A program made the translations under genes and the position numbers. From IMG/VR virus record IMGVR_UViG_3300027782_000035: 64,000 bases of DNA; one strand, 5' to 3'. The stretch is from a virus. Under the pieces are notes generated by a model. It made no database searches. It was not told the origin of the DNA and worked only from the letters and a program-made list of their open reading frames with translations. Numbering within the stretch: the stretch's first letter is position 1; every line of letters starts with the position of its first letter. This document shows, in pieces, positions 38,616 to 48,320 of the stretch.

Positions 38616-39529
38616 ACTTCAATACACTTTAATTCAAAATGATCAGCACGACCTTCGTAGTTGATATAACCACGAGGATTACAAACAATGCGAGTAGATC
38701 CAACCATATAATCAAAATCTTCGTGAGTGTGGCCGTGAGTCCACAATTTGATTTGCGGATGATCGAGAATAAACTCTGATAGATCTGAAGAGTAGCCACC
38801 ATTCATAATTGCTTCTTTAGCATATCGAGGATGAGTAGATAATTTACTTGGAGCATGATGTCCAGCTACAACAAACTTTTTATCGTGCTTTCCTTCTACG
38901 ACTGTACGGATATATCCAACAGTATACTTAAAATCTTCTACTGCATCTTCAGGAGAGAAGTGTGCATCACGAGTTTTGAACTCGGCCTGTGTCATTGCAC
39001 GGCCGTCTTCTCCATAGCGCACTTTTCCGTTCTCGTCTAATAGAGGAACGTAAGTTTTGTATGAAACTTGACGACTTGAATTATCAACGCATCGGAAGTC
39101 GTTCATCATACGTGTCATGGCATGTAGAGTGAGAGGATCTTCCTTGTTCATATCAGTCCAAAGAGTTGCGCCAATGAAAGTTACATCATCGATAACTTTG
39201 CATTCTTTATCGAGAAGATAAACGTTACTAAGCATGTTAGATTCTAACATAGACTTGAGTTTAGTTGCACTTTTGGCAAAGTCACCATTGTAGTGCTCGT
39301 GATTCCCCATGATATAGACAACATGGGGAAATTGAAAAGAACAACGCTTGAAGAAATCTACAATGCGATTACTACGAGCGCCTTCTAGGATGTTGTGTGG
39401 GTCAGGTCGACCAATGTCGGCAACAACACAGATGTCACCGCTGAGAATCAGCACATCAGCGTTCTCAGTGTTTTGTAAATTGATATCACCAAATTCAAGA
39501 TGAATATCGGATGCTAATGCTATTTTCAT
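38612..39529 (-). CDS. calcineurin-like metallophosphoesterase
   Basis: SDIHLEF, LSGDI, GNHEHY, HHAPS, HGHTH, NPRGY. Confidence 0.9.
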   Translation of the reverse strand: MKIALASDIHLEFGDINLQNTENADVLILSGDICVVADIGRPDPHNILEGARSNRIVDFFKRCSFQFPHVVYIMGNHEHYNGDFAKSATKLKSMLESNMLSNVYLLDKECKVIDDVTFIGATLWTDMNKEDPLTLHAMTRMMNDFRCVDNSSRQVSYKTYVPLLDENGKVRYGEDGRAMTQAEFKTRDAHFSPEDAVEDFKYTVGYIRTVVEGKHDKKFVVAGHHAPSKLSTHPRYAKEAIMNGGYSSDLSEFILDHPQIKLWTHGHTHEDFDYMVGSTRIVCNPRGYINYEGRADHFELKCIEV

Positions 39530-39535
39530 AGGTTA

Positions 39536-39564
39536 ATTATACCATAGTCATGAATATTTGTACA
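39536..39564 (-). promoter_or_regulatory. phage early promoter
   Basis: TGTACA-N17-TATAAT. Confidence 0.75.
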
Positions 39565-39702
39565 ACGATTATTGTTGAATTCTAATCTTAGTGAGAAGAA
39601 TTCTAATTTGTTCTTGAAGCTCAGGGTTCGATTCATGCGTTTTCAAGTAGAGAAGTTTATCAATGAGAGCTGCTCTTATTATCTTAGCTTCTTCAGGAGT
39701 CA

Positions 39703-40365
39703 TTAGTCCCACAGTCCTTCATAGTACTTGCCAAACAAGCGAAATCCATTTGTCATACGTGTTTGATGCGCATCCATACCTTCTTGATCAACTTTGAAAG
39801 TATCATTAGGACCACTGCGCATTTCGAAGTATTTGGCATTTTTCTTCTCAACTTCGTTTCCGTCTTTGTCGACAGGCACTATCAGCATATCATGGTTTCC
39901 AGAATAATACTGATCAGTCCAATCGCAATCGGGATGTTTCTGTTCGAAGGCCCAAATCATTTCGTCCATGACCCAATCCCAACGTTTGAAGTGATTATCA
40001 TCAGTATCGTACTCATTTTCCTTGGCAGGAGCGCTAGTAGACTTCAATTCTACGGGCACATCCTCATCGTCAACGTTTGGAGCACCATGTTTATCGGTTT
40101 TAAGCTGTTTTAGCATTGGAACGATGATTCGAGTAAGGGTTCCATCCATATTCCAAGTGTCATAACGGTCAATTTTGACGTATGCAACATGGGGATGCAC
40201 AAAATCGAGGAATTTTTGCCATACGCGGCAAAAAGGCTCTAGTCGATTGGACCATTTTTCGATCATAGGCTCATCATAGTCAATTTCGCGCCAAAAAATC
40301 ACTTTTTCAAGAATAGTGTAGGGCGAAAGCCAGTGATTTCTGTAATTCGAAAAGTAAATTTTCAT
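39703..40365 (-). CDS. conserved phage hypothetical protein
   Basis: DTWNMD..WDWVMDEMIWAF..GFRLFGKYY.LWD. Confidence 0.75.
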   Translation of the reverse strand: MKIYFSNYRNHWLSPYTILEKVIFWREIDYDEPMIEKWSNRLEPFCRVWQKFLDFVHPHVAYVKIDRYDTWNMDGTLTRIIVPMLKQLKTDKHGAPNVDDEDVPVELKSTSAPAKENEYDTDDNHFKRWDWVMDEMIWAFEQKHPDCDWTDQYYSGNHDMLIVPVDKDGNEVEKKNAKYFEMRSGPNDTFKVDQEGMDAHQTRMTNGFRLFGKYYEGLWD

Positions 40366-40375
40366 TTTTATCCTT

Positions 40376-40660
40376 TTATAACATTCTAATCAAACCAATA
40401 GTATCTATTGTCGTCAACAAGACATAGTTAGTAAGCATCCCAAAAGATTTCCGAGTATAAGCAGCCCAAGCATACATGGCGCAACCAGCAATCCAAGCAG
40501 GATAAAGAGCAAGAAGTGGGGGATGAGGGACAGTAAGAGCCATAGTGATAGAGCACCCAATACTAATAGCCCAAGCAAGCAACTCAATAACAAAACGAAA
40601 CTTATTACTGTACCAGTCATTGCGAATCCATTCAAATGTAGGTCTAAAGAGTTCAATCAT
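40376..40660 (-). CDS. small multi-pass membrane protein
   Basis: Three hydrophobic segments. Confidence 0.65.
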   Translation of the reverse strand: MIELFRPTFEWIRNDWYSNKFRFVIELLAWAISIGCSITMALTVPHPPLLALYPAWIAGCAMYAWAAYTRKSFGMLTNYVLLTTIDTIGLIRML

Positions 40661-40666
40661 TAACCT

Positions 40667-40978
40667 TTATCTCCATGTTCTATGTCTCTCGGCAACCCAC
40701 TCGCTGCCATCATATTCCTCGATGTACCAATTCACATCTTCAGGAATCTCGACGATACTAAGTTCGGCGCTATCGCCATTGGCTTCTTCACCTAGCTTCT
40801 CGACGATCTCGATTAGAAGAGGGTCGTCGCGGCAGAGTTCGCGCTCGTGAAAGTTAGAATAGTATCCCCATCTTTCCCACTTACCAGGATCGATATTTTT
40901 CTGCACGCAGTACATGTCTTGAGCCTTTTGCGAAAGACCGAATCCGCCATGGCACGCGTTAATAACGATTTTTTTCAT
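40667..40978 (-). CDS. conserved phage hypothetical protein
   Basis: KIVINACHGGFGLS..RDDPLL..IEEYDGSEWVAE. Confidence 0.75.
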   Translation of the reverse strand: MKKIVINACHGGFGLSQKAQDMYCVQKNIDPGKWERWGYYSNFHERELCRDDPLLIEIVEKLGEEANGDSAELSIVEIPEDVNWYIEEYDGSEWVAERHRTWR

Positions 40979-41202
40979 ACTTCTCCTCCGTAGTATCTAA
41001 TGATATTTTTCAAAGAATAGATCAGCTGGTGATTCCTAACAACGTCTTCCTCGTGAAGATACTGCCCATCCTCGATGTGAGCGCGGAGTTCTTCTTTGAG
41101 ATAGTCGTAGTGATCCTGAAGACTAAGCCTCGTGATACTTTCAGCAGTGTCGCTATCAATTTCGATTTTTCTATTCATTTGATTTCCATAACGTGAGACC
41201 AC
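40975..41202 (-). CDS. hypothetical protein
   Basis: ORF coupled to neighbour; start uncertain. Confidence 0.55.
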   Translation of the reverse strand: MVSRYGNQMNRKIEIDSDTAESITRLSLQDHYDYLKEELRAHIEDGQYLHEEDVVRNHQLIYSLKNIIRYYGGEV

Positions 41203-41244
41203 CTCGCAACACTTAATAAGGTCGGGGGATTTTTTTATAGTTTA

Positions 41245-41490
41245 TTATATACCATTCTCGATTATTTGTACACCGAATTGATTTGTTTCTACAGCCCAGT
41301 GTACTACCTTCCAATCATCAAGCATACTATCATCCGACATCAGATGTGCCTTATCAGCTTGAATCATCATATAGATCCAGTTGCGAGCCCAAGCGCATGC
41401 GAGAATTTGTTTCTCAGACCAAGTTTCAACAACATGCTGGCCCTCCTCGCCGGGAAATGATATCGTCCAGTACTTCATGGATTCACCCAA
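41245..41490 (-). CDS. hypothetical protein
   Basis: ORF in early operon. Confidence 0.6.
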   Translation of the reverse strand: MGESMKYWTISFPGEEGQHVVETWSEKQILACAWARNWIYMMIQADKAHLMSDDSMLDDWKVVHWAVETNQFGVQIIENGI

Positions 41491-41705
41491 TAGTTTTCAA
41501 TGTTAAACTCCACATCGCCGACTTCTTTTTCTAAGTCTGCATCAGGGATGTCATCTTCGATAGAGTAAACCTCACGAATATACTCATTCCTGTATGCCAT
41601 AGCTGATTCCTTGGTCTTGAAGACTCCGAGGATATTATCGCGCTCGTAATCATTCTCATCAAACTTTATGAGAATGAATACTTTTTCATTAAGAACAAAC
41701 TTCAT
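41475..41705 (-). CDS. hypothetical protein
   Basis: ILGVFKTKESA motif. Confidence 0.6.
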   Translation of the reverse strand: MKFVLNEKVFILIKFDENDYERDNILGVFKTKESAMAYRNEYIREVYSIEDDIPDADLEKEVGDVEFNIENYWVNP

Positions 41706-41986
41706 TCTATAACTCCAAAATGTTCTTTAATCTCGTCCCTAATCTCTTTCAATGCGGCATAGGTCCATTCACACGCCATTTCACCAGCGGCACTGTTACC
41801 AACAGGAATTTGATGTGTTTCAATCTTGTCAATACATTCTTTCACAATCAACTCGGCGAATTTTTCTAACTGTAGCTCACGCTGTTGTTTTGACACAGGA
41901 TTATCTAAAAAGTCAACTGCATCTTTGGTTTCATACAATGCATCGACGGTAGCCTCTTCCCAAAGTTGTTTAATTCGTTCGTTCAT
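41702..41986 (-). CDS. small phage protein, MNERIK..FAELIV.EC..HFGV family
   Basis: Paralogous to the C-terminal half of 42329-42778. Confidence 0.7.
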   Translation of the reverse strand: MNERIKQLWEEATVDALYETKDAVDFLDNPVSKQQRELQLEKFAELIVKECIDKIETHQIPVGNSAAGEMACEWTYAALKEIRDEIKEHFGVIE

Positions 41987-42168
41987 AATTTTAAGTCCCT
42001 CATCCAAACTTCACCATCAATAATTTCAAAGTCACCACGCATATATCTCTCACGAAGCATTCTACGATGTTCTTTACGTTCTTTCTTTTTGGCCAGATAT
42101 CCAGTAGACTCAAACCAAACTTGTAAGCAATGGCGTGTTTGTTTGGTACGCTTTACTTTCATTTTCAT
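41983..42168 (-). CDS. small basic hypothetical protein
   Basis: ATGA-coupled on both sides. Confidence 0.55.
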   Translation of the reverse strand: MKMKVKRTKQTRHCLQVWFESTGYLAKKKERKEHRRMLRERYMRGDFEIIDGEVWMRDLKL

Positions 42169-42328
42169 TCTTCAACTCCAGACTGTTTCAAGACCAATTT
42201 AAATTCAATTGAATCAATTTCAATCGGCACAGAAACTTTTTCTTTGATCAGTTGGTGTCGTCCTTCAGTATTTGTTCTACCAAGCAAGACACCATTATAA
42301 TATACTTCCCATTCGTATCGCTCGTCAA

Positions 42329-42778
42329 TCATTCTTCACGCTCCGCTACTCCGAAATGATCAAGAACATATCGACCAATAGAGTCGTGCGCATGGTTCTG
42401 TTGATGGATTGTTGCAATATCAGCGCATTCACGAATAATAGCCTCAGCAAATATTTCCAATTGACGCTCACGTTGTTGTTTTGATACAGGATTATCTAAA
42501 AAGTCAACCGCATCTTTAGTTTCATGCAGTGCATAAACAGTGGCTTCATCTAACAGTTCTTTAATTCTCGTTTTACCCATAGAATAATTCCGAGCTTTAG
42601 CAAACTCTTCATATTTCTTTTGAGTGCCAATACTATATCCACCATCTCCGGCATATAGATCGGCACCTGCTTTAATGTTCTCGTTCTCGCATGCGTCCAA
42701 CCTATCATATACGGATCTGATACTATTCTCGCACCGTTCTATTTCTTTTTCTAAATCAGCCATTCTTTTTTCATTCAT
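42329..42778 (-). CDS. fusion protein ending in MNERIK-family domain
   Basis: Shares ETKDAVDFLDNPVSKQQRE with 41702-41986. Confidence 0.7.
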   Translation of the reverse strand: MNEKRMADLEKEIERCENSIRSVYDRLDACENENIKAGADLYAGDGGYSIGTQKKYEEFAKARNYSMGKTRIKELLDEATVYALHETKDAVDFLDNPVSKQQRERQLEIFAEAIIRECADIATIHQQNHAHDSIGRYVLDHFGVAEREE

Positions 42779-43137
42779 TCTTCAACTCCAAATACTTCTT
42801 CTTCTACCGCCGTCAACAGGATGTTGGCAAACTCCTGACAAAAGATACTAAACCAAAGAGTATTCAATACTTCCTCAGGAGCACCAGCTTCGATTGCAAT
42901 TGTCTTTAATTCTTCGTTCATATAATTCCGATCACGTTCCGTTTCAAGGTTAAAATTTCTGGCGGGTTTTTTTTAAAACCCTTTTACAGGAATAAAATTC
43001 CTGCGGGATTTTTTTACCACAGTGTCAAATCAACTTGAATTCCGTTTTCAGCTGAAAAACTATGGAAGGACGCTATAGGCCCAGTAGCAGGAGCGGCCAC
43101 TTTATTTTTTAATACTGACCATTGCAAGTACCGGGGG

Positions 43138-43329
43138 CTAGCTCAAGTACTCGGTGTGAGCAGGGCTGTCGAGATAGTCTTCGTCCTTGGCTACGCTAGC
43201 GACCCACTTCAGCGCTTCGGCATGAGGGATCCTATACTCTAGCGCGATCTCCTCGGCGATACGATCGTAGTCACCTATCTGATATAGGCGATTCTCGATC
43301 TGTGCGTGAATTTCACTCATCTTGCTCAT
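43138..43329 (-). CDS. hypothetical protein
   Basis: ORF in GC-richer early block. Confidence 0.6.
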   Translation of the reverse strand: MSKMSEIHAQIENRLYQIGDYDRIAEEIALEYRIPHAEALKWVASVAKDEDYLDSPAHTEYLS

Positions 43330-43331
43330 GA

Positions 43332-43550
43332 TTACTTGCCTTTCGTTCCATAAGCTTGCTTGTTCTTGGCGCCTTTAGGACGTCCACGGCCGCGGGCTGG
43401 AGCATCGAAGACTTTGGCCTCGATGTTCATTTCAGCTAGCTTACCGGAGTATGCCTCAGCTGCTTGATGTACCAGACCGCGGGAGGTAATGGTAACCACT
43501 CCACCAGTGGCTTTGGAGATGTAGGTGGATCCGACTTTGAGTACTTGCAT
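43332..43550 (-). CDS. small AT-hook protein
   Basis: RGRGRPKG; AAAGGA SD. Confidence 0.65.
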   Translation of the reverse strand: MQVLKVGSTYISKATGGVVTITSRGLVHQAAEAYSGKLAEMNIEAKVFDAPARGRGRPKGAKNKQAYGTKGK

Positions 43551-43610
43551 GATATATCCTTTGTATAGACAGGGGGTGGTCTGGAGACCAGGGGTGGTAG
43601 CAACCAGTGG

Positions 43611-44537
43611 TTAGTTGCAGAGAATGTAGGTAGCCATGCCTTTCCAGTTTTTGTTGCCAGAGGCACGGATCTTAGTGACCGAGATCAGAGTGCGGAGGCT
43701 GATTTCCTTAGCATCATCTTTGAGGGAAGTGATAAGTTCCAAAGCATCTTTCTTCTGATCAGCAGTGAATTCTGGCATGAATTCGTCTGATTGAGCGATG
43801 ACTTCCATGCGTTCGATCTTCTGGTCTTCGGTCATAGTCAGGTCAACCATCATGCTACGTGAGCGGATAGCCTGGTCAATCTTGTCTTGGGACAAGTTGC
43901 TGATGAAGATTACACGACCTTTGAATTCGAAAGATCGTGGAAGATCGTCGTCCTTACCAAAGCCGGTTTCTGCATTCCAAGAGATGATACGCTTGCCGTA
44001 GGAGTCCAAAGCAGACTTGAGCAAGTTCAGCGCAACTGGATCTTTGAGGATGCTGTCGCAGTCGTCGAACACGATCACAGAGTCTTTGTTCTCGTAGAGA
44101 GTACGATAGAGGCCCTTAGGAGTAGAGTAGCCTTTGACCGAGGTGAAGGAATTCTTGCGATTCAGAACTGAACCAACTTCCAGAGCACCTGCATCAGACA
44201 GATCTTTCAGACCTGACTTGACAAGAGTCTTGTTCACAGTGTAGGTCTTGCCGAGGCCACCTTCACCGGTGATTACAGCCGAGGGAGTTAAGCCTGAGGC
44301 GATCATGTTAACCAGACCTTCAACGAATTCGAAGCGCTCGTTGATGTCGAACTTCTCAGCCTTGGATTCTTTCTTGGATCCAACGATCTGCTCGAAGGTC
44401 TTCTTGTCGCCAGTGATTTTCTTGTACATGTATTCGATGTAGTCCTGTTTGCCAGTAGAGAATTTGTTACCGTTGATTACACAAGTGAACTTGTTAGAGG
44501 TTTTGTTGAAGGTAATCTGAACGTTTGCCTGAGTCAT
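43611..44537 (-). CDS. AAA+ ATPase
   Basis: Walker A GEGGLGKT, Walker B VIVFDDCD, IFISN, AIRSR. Confidence 0.9.
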   Translation of the reverse strand: MTQANVQITFNKTSNKFTCVINGNKFSTGKQDYIEYMYKKITGDKKTFEQIVGSKKESKAEKFDINERFEFVEGLVNMIASGLTPSAVITGEGGLGKTYTVNKTLVKSGLKDLSDAGALEVGSVLNRKNSFTSVKGYSTPKGLYRTLYENKDSVIVFDDCDSILKDPVALNLLKSALDSYGKRIISWNAETGFGKDDDLPRSFEFKGRVIFISNLSQDKIDQAIRSRSMMVDLTMTEDQKIERMEVIAQSDEFMPEFTADQKKDALELITSLKDDAKEISLRTLISVTKIRASGNKNWKGMATYILCN

Positions 44538-44568
44538 TTTGTGGTCCTTTTCTTGATTTGTTAGAGTA

Positions 44569-44631
44569 ATTCTATCAAATAACGTATTTTCTGTACACCG
44601 TTTCTGCAGAAGTTGACTAAATTAGTCAACT
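44569..44631 (-). promoter_or_regulatory. early promoter plus upstream palindrome (PeSL-like cassette)
   Basis: TGTACA-N17-TAGAAT plus perfect AGTTGACTAA-A-TTAGTCAACT at 44611-44631. Confidence 0.8.
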
Positions 44632-44730
44632 ATTGTCAGGGTTGCATTGTAACCAGAAAGTAATAAAAAAGCGGGCCGAAAAACAGACCCGCAAGAACGG
44701 TTGCCTGAAGCAACTCGACCACAAAACGCT

Positions 44731-44967
44731 TCATACACGCTCCTCGATGATCATCTCGCCAAGGATGTATTTTGCCACATTCATCTGCTTGCGGACGTGT
44801 TCTACTGAACGAGGACCTGCGCCCATCGCCAGCATTTCCTGGCAGTCCGACAAGATGCCCATCACGACCATCTCCATGCCGGAGATACGTGCCGTTAGGG
44901 ATTCCATGTACTGCGTGCGGATGTCTTCCTGAGACATGCCGTAGCAGTTCTTTTCGAATTCATTCAT
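44731..44967 (-). CDS. hypothetical protein
   Basis: Start likely MNEFEKNCYG after AAAGGA SD. Confidence 0.65.
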   Translation of the reverse strand: MNEFEKNCYGMSQEDIRTQYMESLTARISGMEMVVMGILSDCQEMLAMGAGPRSVEHVRKQMNVAKYILGEMIIEERV

Positions 44968-44997
44968 GTGAGGTCCTTTGCTCGATTTGTTAGAACA

Positions 44998-45057
44998 ATT
45001 ATACCTCAGGACGTATTTTCTGTACACTCTTTTGTGCAGAAGTTGACTAAATTAGTC
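44998..45057 (-). promoter_or_regulatory. early promoter plus palindrome cassette
   Basis: TGTACA-N17-TATAAT; agttgactaaattagtc. Confidence 0.75.
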
Positions 45058-45283
45058 GGGTATTATTATGAATACTTTGGTTTTCAAGACGCCGCGCTGC
45101 GAAGGTCACCTGCATCGACGGATAAATACGGCTCGCGTCCACTCGTTTACCACTTTTTACCACTTTCTACCACCGAATAGGTGTCACCACCTGATACTAC
45201 ATACACCGAATTCTGCTAATAGTAGACTAGATCTCTTCTCAAGAATCTCATTCAACTTTATGAATGTCTTCACGCGCTGGTTT

Positions 45284-45598
45284 TCATAGGTCGCTTTCTT
45301 CTATTAGTTTGATTGATGTCTTTGTGTCTTTCAACTTCTCTACAAAGCCTGAATAGATCGAGGCTGAATAGGAACTCATGCCATAGTTACTCTTGACACA
45401 GGTATAGACGCTTCCTGATTCGTTCTCGATTTCGTAGAATGTGCCCTTGTCGTGGACTGCTGTGATGCCAGAACTTAGGCGCCACGCATCGGAACCGGCG
45501 AAGCCACCGTACCAAGCTGATAGGATCTTACGAATTGGAATGTCACCGAGTGTGGAGAACTCTAGAATGACCCAACGATCAGGATGATATAAACTCAT
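45284..45598 (-). CDS. conserved phage hypothetical protein
   Basis: YHPDRWV..WYGGFAGSDAWRLSSGI..SGSVYTC. Confidence 0.75.
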   Translation of the reverse strand: MSLYHPDRWVILEFSTLGDIPIRKILSAWYGGFAGSDAWRLSSGITAVHDKGTFYEIENESGSVYTCVKSNYGMSSYSASIYSGFVEKLKDTKTSIKLIEESDL

Positions 45599-45692
45599 GC
45601 TTATTTCTTCTCGTTCTTCTTGGGTTTTGGATGTCCCTGCTTGTGATATCTGCCGGGACCACGCTTGGTTGCTGATGGATTCTTGCTGTGAC

Positions 45693-45935
45693 TCATGTTG
45701 ATTTCCTTTTCTTTAATGTGTTACCCTTAACACGGATGATGTTGATGATCCTATCGTCATGCTTGATGGGAAGATCAAGCATGACTGAGACCATCAGGCC
45801 TTCTTCCTCGGATCGCATTCCTTCGAATCCTGTCGTGCCGACGAAGGGAATGCCCTCGTACTTGCCTTCGACTCGATCTCCAAGGATGAAGCTACCTTTT
45901 GGACGATTCTTTTCAAAGTACTCTGCGAGATTCAT
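45693..45935 (-). CDS. hypothetical SH3-like protein
   Basis: Real start likely MNLAEYFEKNR..GDRV.G..GIPFVGT. Confidence 0.6.
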   Translation of the reverse strand: MNLAEYFEKNRPKGSFILGDRVEGKYEGIPFVGTTGFEGMRSEEEGLMVSVMLDLPIKHDDRIINIIRVKGNTLKKRKST

Positions 45936-46149
45936 GAATAATCCACTCCTCGATCCCGGCATAGTAACCAGTGTCCTCGTCATAGAATTCAAATTCCTCT
46001 TCAGCAAGTACGACATCGGAGCCAAAGTATTCAACGAGCTCGTCGAGATGCTCCTTTGCGTCTTCCCTTGAGCTATAGACATTCTTAATGGGATTGAAGT
46101 CCATGTATGGATCTACGCACTGCTCAATGACAATATAGACTTTAGGCAT
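45913..46149 (-). CDS. hypothetical protein
   Basis: KVYIV..VYSSREDA motif. Confidence 0.6.
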   Translation of the reverse strand: MPKVYIVIEQCVDPYMDFNPIKNVYSSREDAKEHLDELVEYFGSDVVLAEEEFEFYDEDTGYYAGIEEWIIHESRRVL

Positions 46150-46432
46150 ATTCTATCTCCATAGTTTCGTACACACGATCTACAGCTTCACCTTTCAGAC
46201 CGCCAATGTGCCAGCCATACTCACCTCGAGGTGTATAGATTTCCTTCCAGTCGTAGATCGTGGCGATCGTACCATCGCGGAACTTGATGCACCATTCGCA
46301 GGTCACCTTGTCGCCGCTGTCTTCGGGTCCGTAGGTCGGAGCACCGAATACTCGCACGAGTTCGTCGTACGTAGTGACAATGCGGCCTTTGAGAGAGGTG
46401 CCATTTACTAGCTTAGTCTTGGTGAACTTCAT
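46142..46432 (-). CDS. conserved phage hypothetical protein
   Basis: GTSLKG..TYDELV.VFG.P..DKV..EW..ATIYDWK..WHIGG. Confidence 0.75.
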   Translation of the reverse strand: MKFTKTKLVNGTSLKGRIVTTYDELVRVFGAPTYGPEDSGDKVTCEWCIKFRDGTIATIYDWKEIYTPRGEYGWHIGGLKGEAVDRVYETMEIEYA

Positions 46433-46719
46433 GCATGCCGCTCCTGAACATAGACATCGATGCGTTGGGCATCTTCCATTTTGATTGATTTGATCCACTG
46501 AAAGCGATACTTCGCTGCGGCAGGGTTACCCTGCCCGAGACGTGGCTTGAGGCATACGCGATAGATCACAGGCTTTTCGCCGGTCCACTTTGCTCGCTGC
46601 TTGGCTAGCGTGTTCGAGGTACGTACGGTTTTGCGTACGATGTCGATTTGTTGTATATCGTTCACCGACATAGGATCTGCCGTGAAGATGTAGTTAGGAG
46701 TACGAGGTTTGATTTTCAT
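46429..46719 (-). CDS. hypothetical protein
   Basis: Follows promoter at 46726-46754. Confidence 0.65.
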   Translation of the reverse strand: MKIKPRTPNYIFTADPMSVNDIQQIDIVRKTVRTSNTLAKQRAKWTGEKPVIYRVCLKPRLGQGNPAAAKYRFQWIKSIKMEDAQRIDVYVQERHA

Positions 46720-46758
46720 GATTAAATTATATCAGGTTGACGAATATTTGTACAGGGC

Positions 46759-47076
46759 TTAAAGAGAAAGTTCCTGCGCACCGTAGGTGATCTTGCCCTC
46801 GTACTCCCATTGGCTACGCTCGAAATCTGTGAGGTAGTCATCAGCCACGATTTCCCAACCGATGATCTGCTCGCGGTACGCATCGTTATCTTGCTCGATC
46901 TTGGGACGTAGAGCCATCACAGTCTCTGTGACACGGTTGAAGTCCTTGAAGTTCTTCAGCACGTAATCACTGCCACCCTTCGCCTTCCAGTAGGCGTTTT
47001 CGCCGGTGCCGAGGGAACCGTCCTCGTTCCAGGCGTAGTTTTCGTAAACTTGAGTGGTGATGAGAAGTTTTGCCAT
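46759..47076 (-). CDS. conserved phage hypothetical protein
   Basis: KLLITTQVYENY..YWKAKGG. Confidence 0.75.
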   Translation of the reverse strand: MAKLLITTQVYENYAWNEDGSLGTGENAYWKAKGGSDYVLKNFKDFNRVTETVMALRPKIEQDNDAYREQIIGWEIVADDYLTDFERSQWEYEGKITYGAQELSL

Positions 47077-47178
47077 GTTTGCCCTTTGCTTGATTTGTTA
47101 GAACAATTATATCAAATTAACGATTTACTGTAAACAACTTTGTGAGTAGTTGACTAAAACTAGCTGTATACTTCGGTA

Positions 47179-47373
47179 TTACAGTTTTTCAAGTTCAAGG
47201 TAGACTGCCTCACGTACCGCAGTGTCGGTCGCTTCGCCAAAGCCTTCCTTTTGTGACAGCTCGTAGAGTTCCATTTCAACTTGATCCCAATTCATATTCA
47301 GGATCCTAGCGCTACGTACGATACGAGCGACTGCATCATTACCAAACACAGTGAACATTGCGAAGTCATTCAT
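47179..47373 (-). CDS. hypothetical protein
   Basis: MNDFAMFTVFGNDAV..EATDTAVRE; AAGGAG SD. Confidence 0.65.
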   Translation of the reverse strand: MNDFAMFTVFGNDAVARIVRSARILNMNWDQVEMELYELSQKEGFGEATDTAVREAVYLELEKL

Positions 47374-47374
47374 A

Positions 47375-47647
47375 TTAAGCTCCTTTACGCAGCATGCTTG
47401 CTGGCACCAAGTAACGACCTGAAGTACTTTCAACCACGACTTTTGTACGCTTTACTTCGCGAACCTTACCAGTCACACGATTGCCAAACTTACTCGAAGT
47501 GTAAGTCACTGTGTCACCTGGCATGAAGTTAAACGTAGCCGTACGATTGTTCATACGTTGCTTTTCCTTGACGACTGTCACGATCTGACGATTCAGTTTC
47601 AAGAGGTCTTCGATAGTCATTGCATTCATTTGAGTTGCTGTAAGCAT
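47375..47647 (-). CDS. hypothetical SH3/KOW-like protein
   Basis: PGDTV..GKVREVKRTKVVV..VPASML. Confidence 0.65.
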   Translation of the reverse strand: MLTATQMNAMTIEDLLKLNRQIVTVVKEKQRMNNRTATFNFMPGDTVTYTSSKFGNRVTGKVREVKRTKVVVESTSGRYLVPASMLRKGA

Positions 47648-47676
47648 TTGGGTTCCTTTTTTGATTTGTTAGATAG

Positions 47677-48117
47677 ATTCTATCAAATAGACGATTTATT
47701 GTACACCGTTATTTAATAGTTGACTAAAACAGTCGGGTATTAGTCGCCTGAGTCGATTTCATAAGATGAAACACAGTGTTTGCAGGTGTAACGAGTAAGA
47801 CAACGTCCAATCGTAGTACTGGTGTATTCATGTTTGCAAGGCGTTCCATCCTCACGGAGAGGCACCTGACCACTTGGACGACCGTACATGGTCTGTCCTC
47901 CACAGTTGTTACAAGGGAGCGTATCAGTCTCCTTGTCATAACCAGCATATACGTCCTTGTAACGTTGTTCGAAGTCGAACAGTCCACGACGCTTTGAGCC
48001 ATTACACACGGGACAGATCCCGTACTCTTTTTGAAGTTGTATTTGATTTTCCATAGTAGTATTCTATCAAATAGACGATTTATTGTACACCGTTATTTAA
48101 TAGTTGACTAAAACAGT
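47677..48117. repeat. 57-bp perfect direct repeats (47677-47733 and 48061-48117) flanking one ORF
   Basis: attctatcaaatagacgatttattgtacaccgttatttaatagttgactaaaacagt in both copies; contains promoter and palindrome half. Confidence 0.95.
47740..48054 (-). CDS. Zn-finger protein (CxxCxG motifs)
   Basis: CPVCNG, CNNCGG, CKH..CKHC. Confidence 0.7.
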   Translation of the reverse strand: MENQIQLQKEYGICPVCNGSKRRGLFDFEQRYKDVYAGYDKETDTLPCNNCGGQTMYGRPSGQVPLREDGTPCKHEYTSTTIGRCLTRYTCKHCVSSYEIDSGD

Positions 48118-48128
48118 ATACTATTTCA

Positions 48129-48320
48129 TCAGATGAAATTCGACCCTAAAAGGAAGGATTTGAATTCTTGAATACTTTGGTTTTCACCTTGGACTGTAAA
48201 ATATCCAAGTTCAAGATCTGATTCATTTTCGATGATTCGTAAATCCAAAGTATTCAGATCATCGAAAATAGTAGAAACGTATTCTAAAAGAATTACGAAA
48301 GAAAATTTACAATTTGACAT
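48129..48320 (-). CDS. hypothetical protein
   Basis: Follows promoter at 48340-48368; GGAG SD. Confidence 0.55.
   Translation of the reverse strand: MSNCKFSFVILLEYVSTIFDDLNTLDLRIIENESDLELGYFTVQGENQSIQEFKSFLLGSNFI

Noticed and set aside
41870-42550. Near-duplicate segments as DGR template/variable repeats
   Set aside because: Differences are not adenine-specific, both copies are coding, and there is no reverse transcriptase in the window
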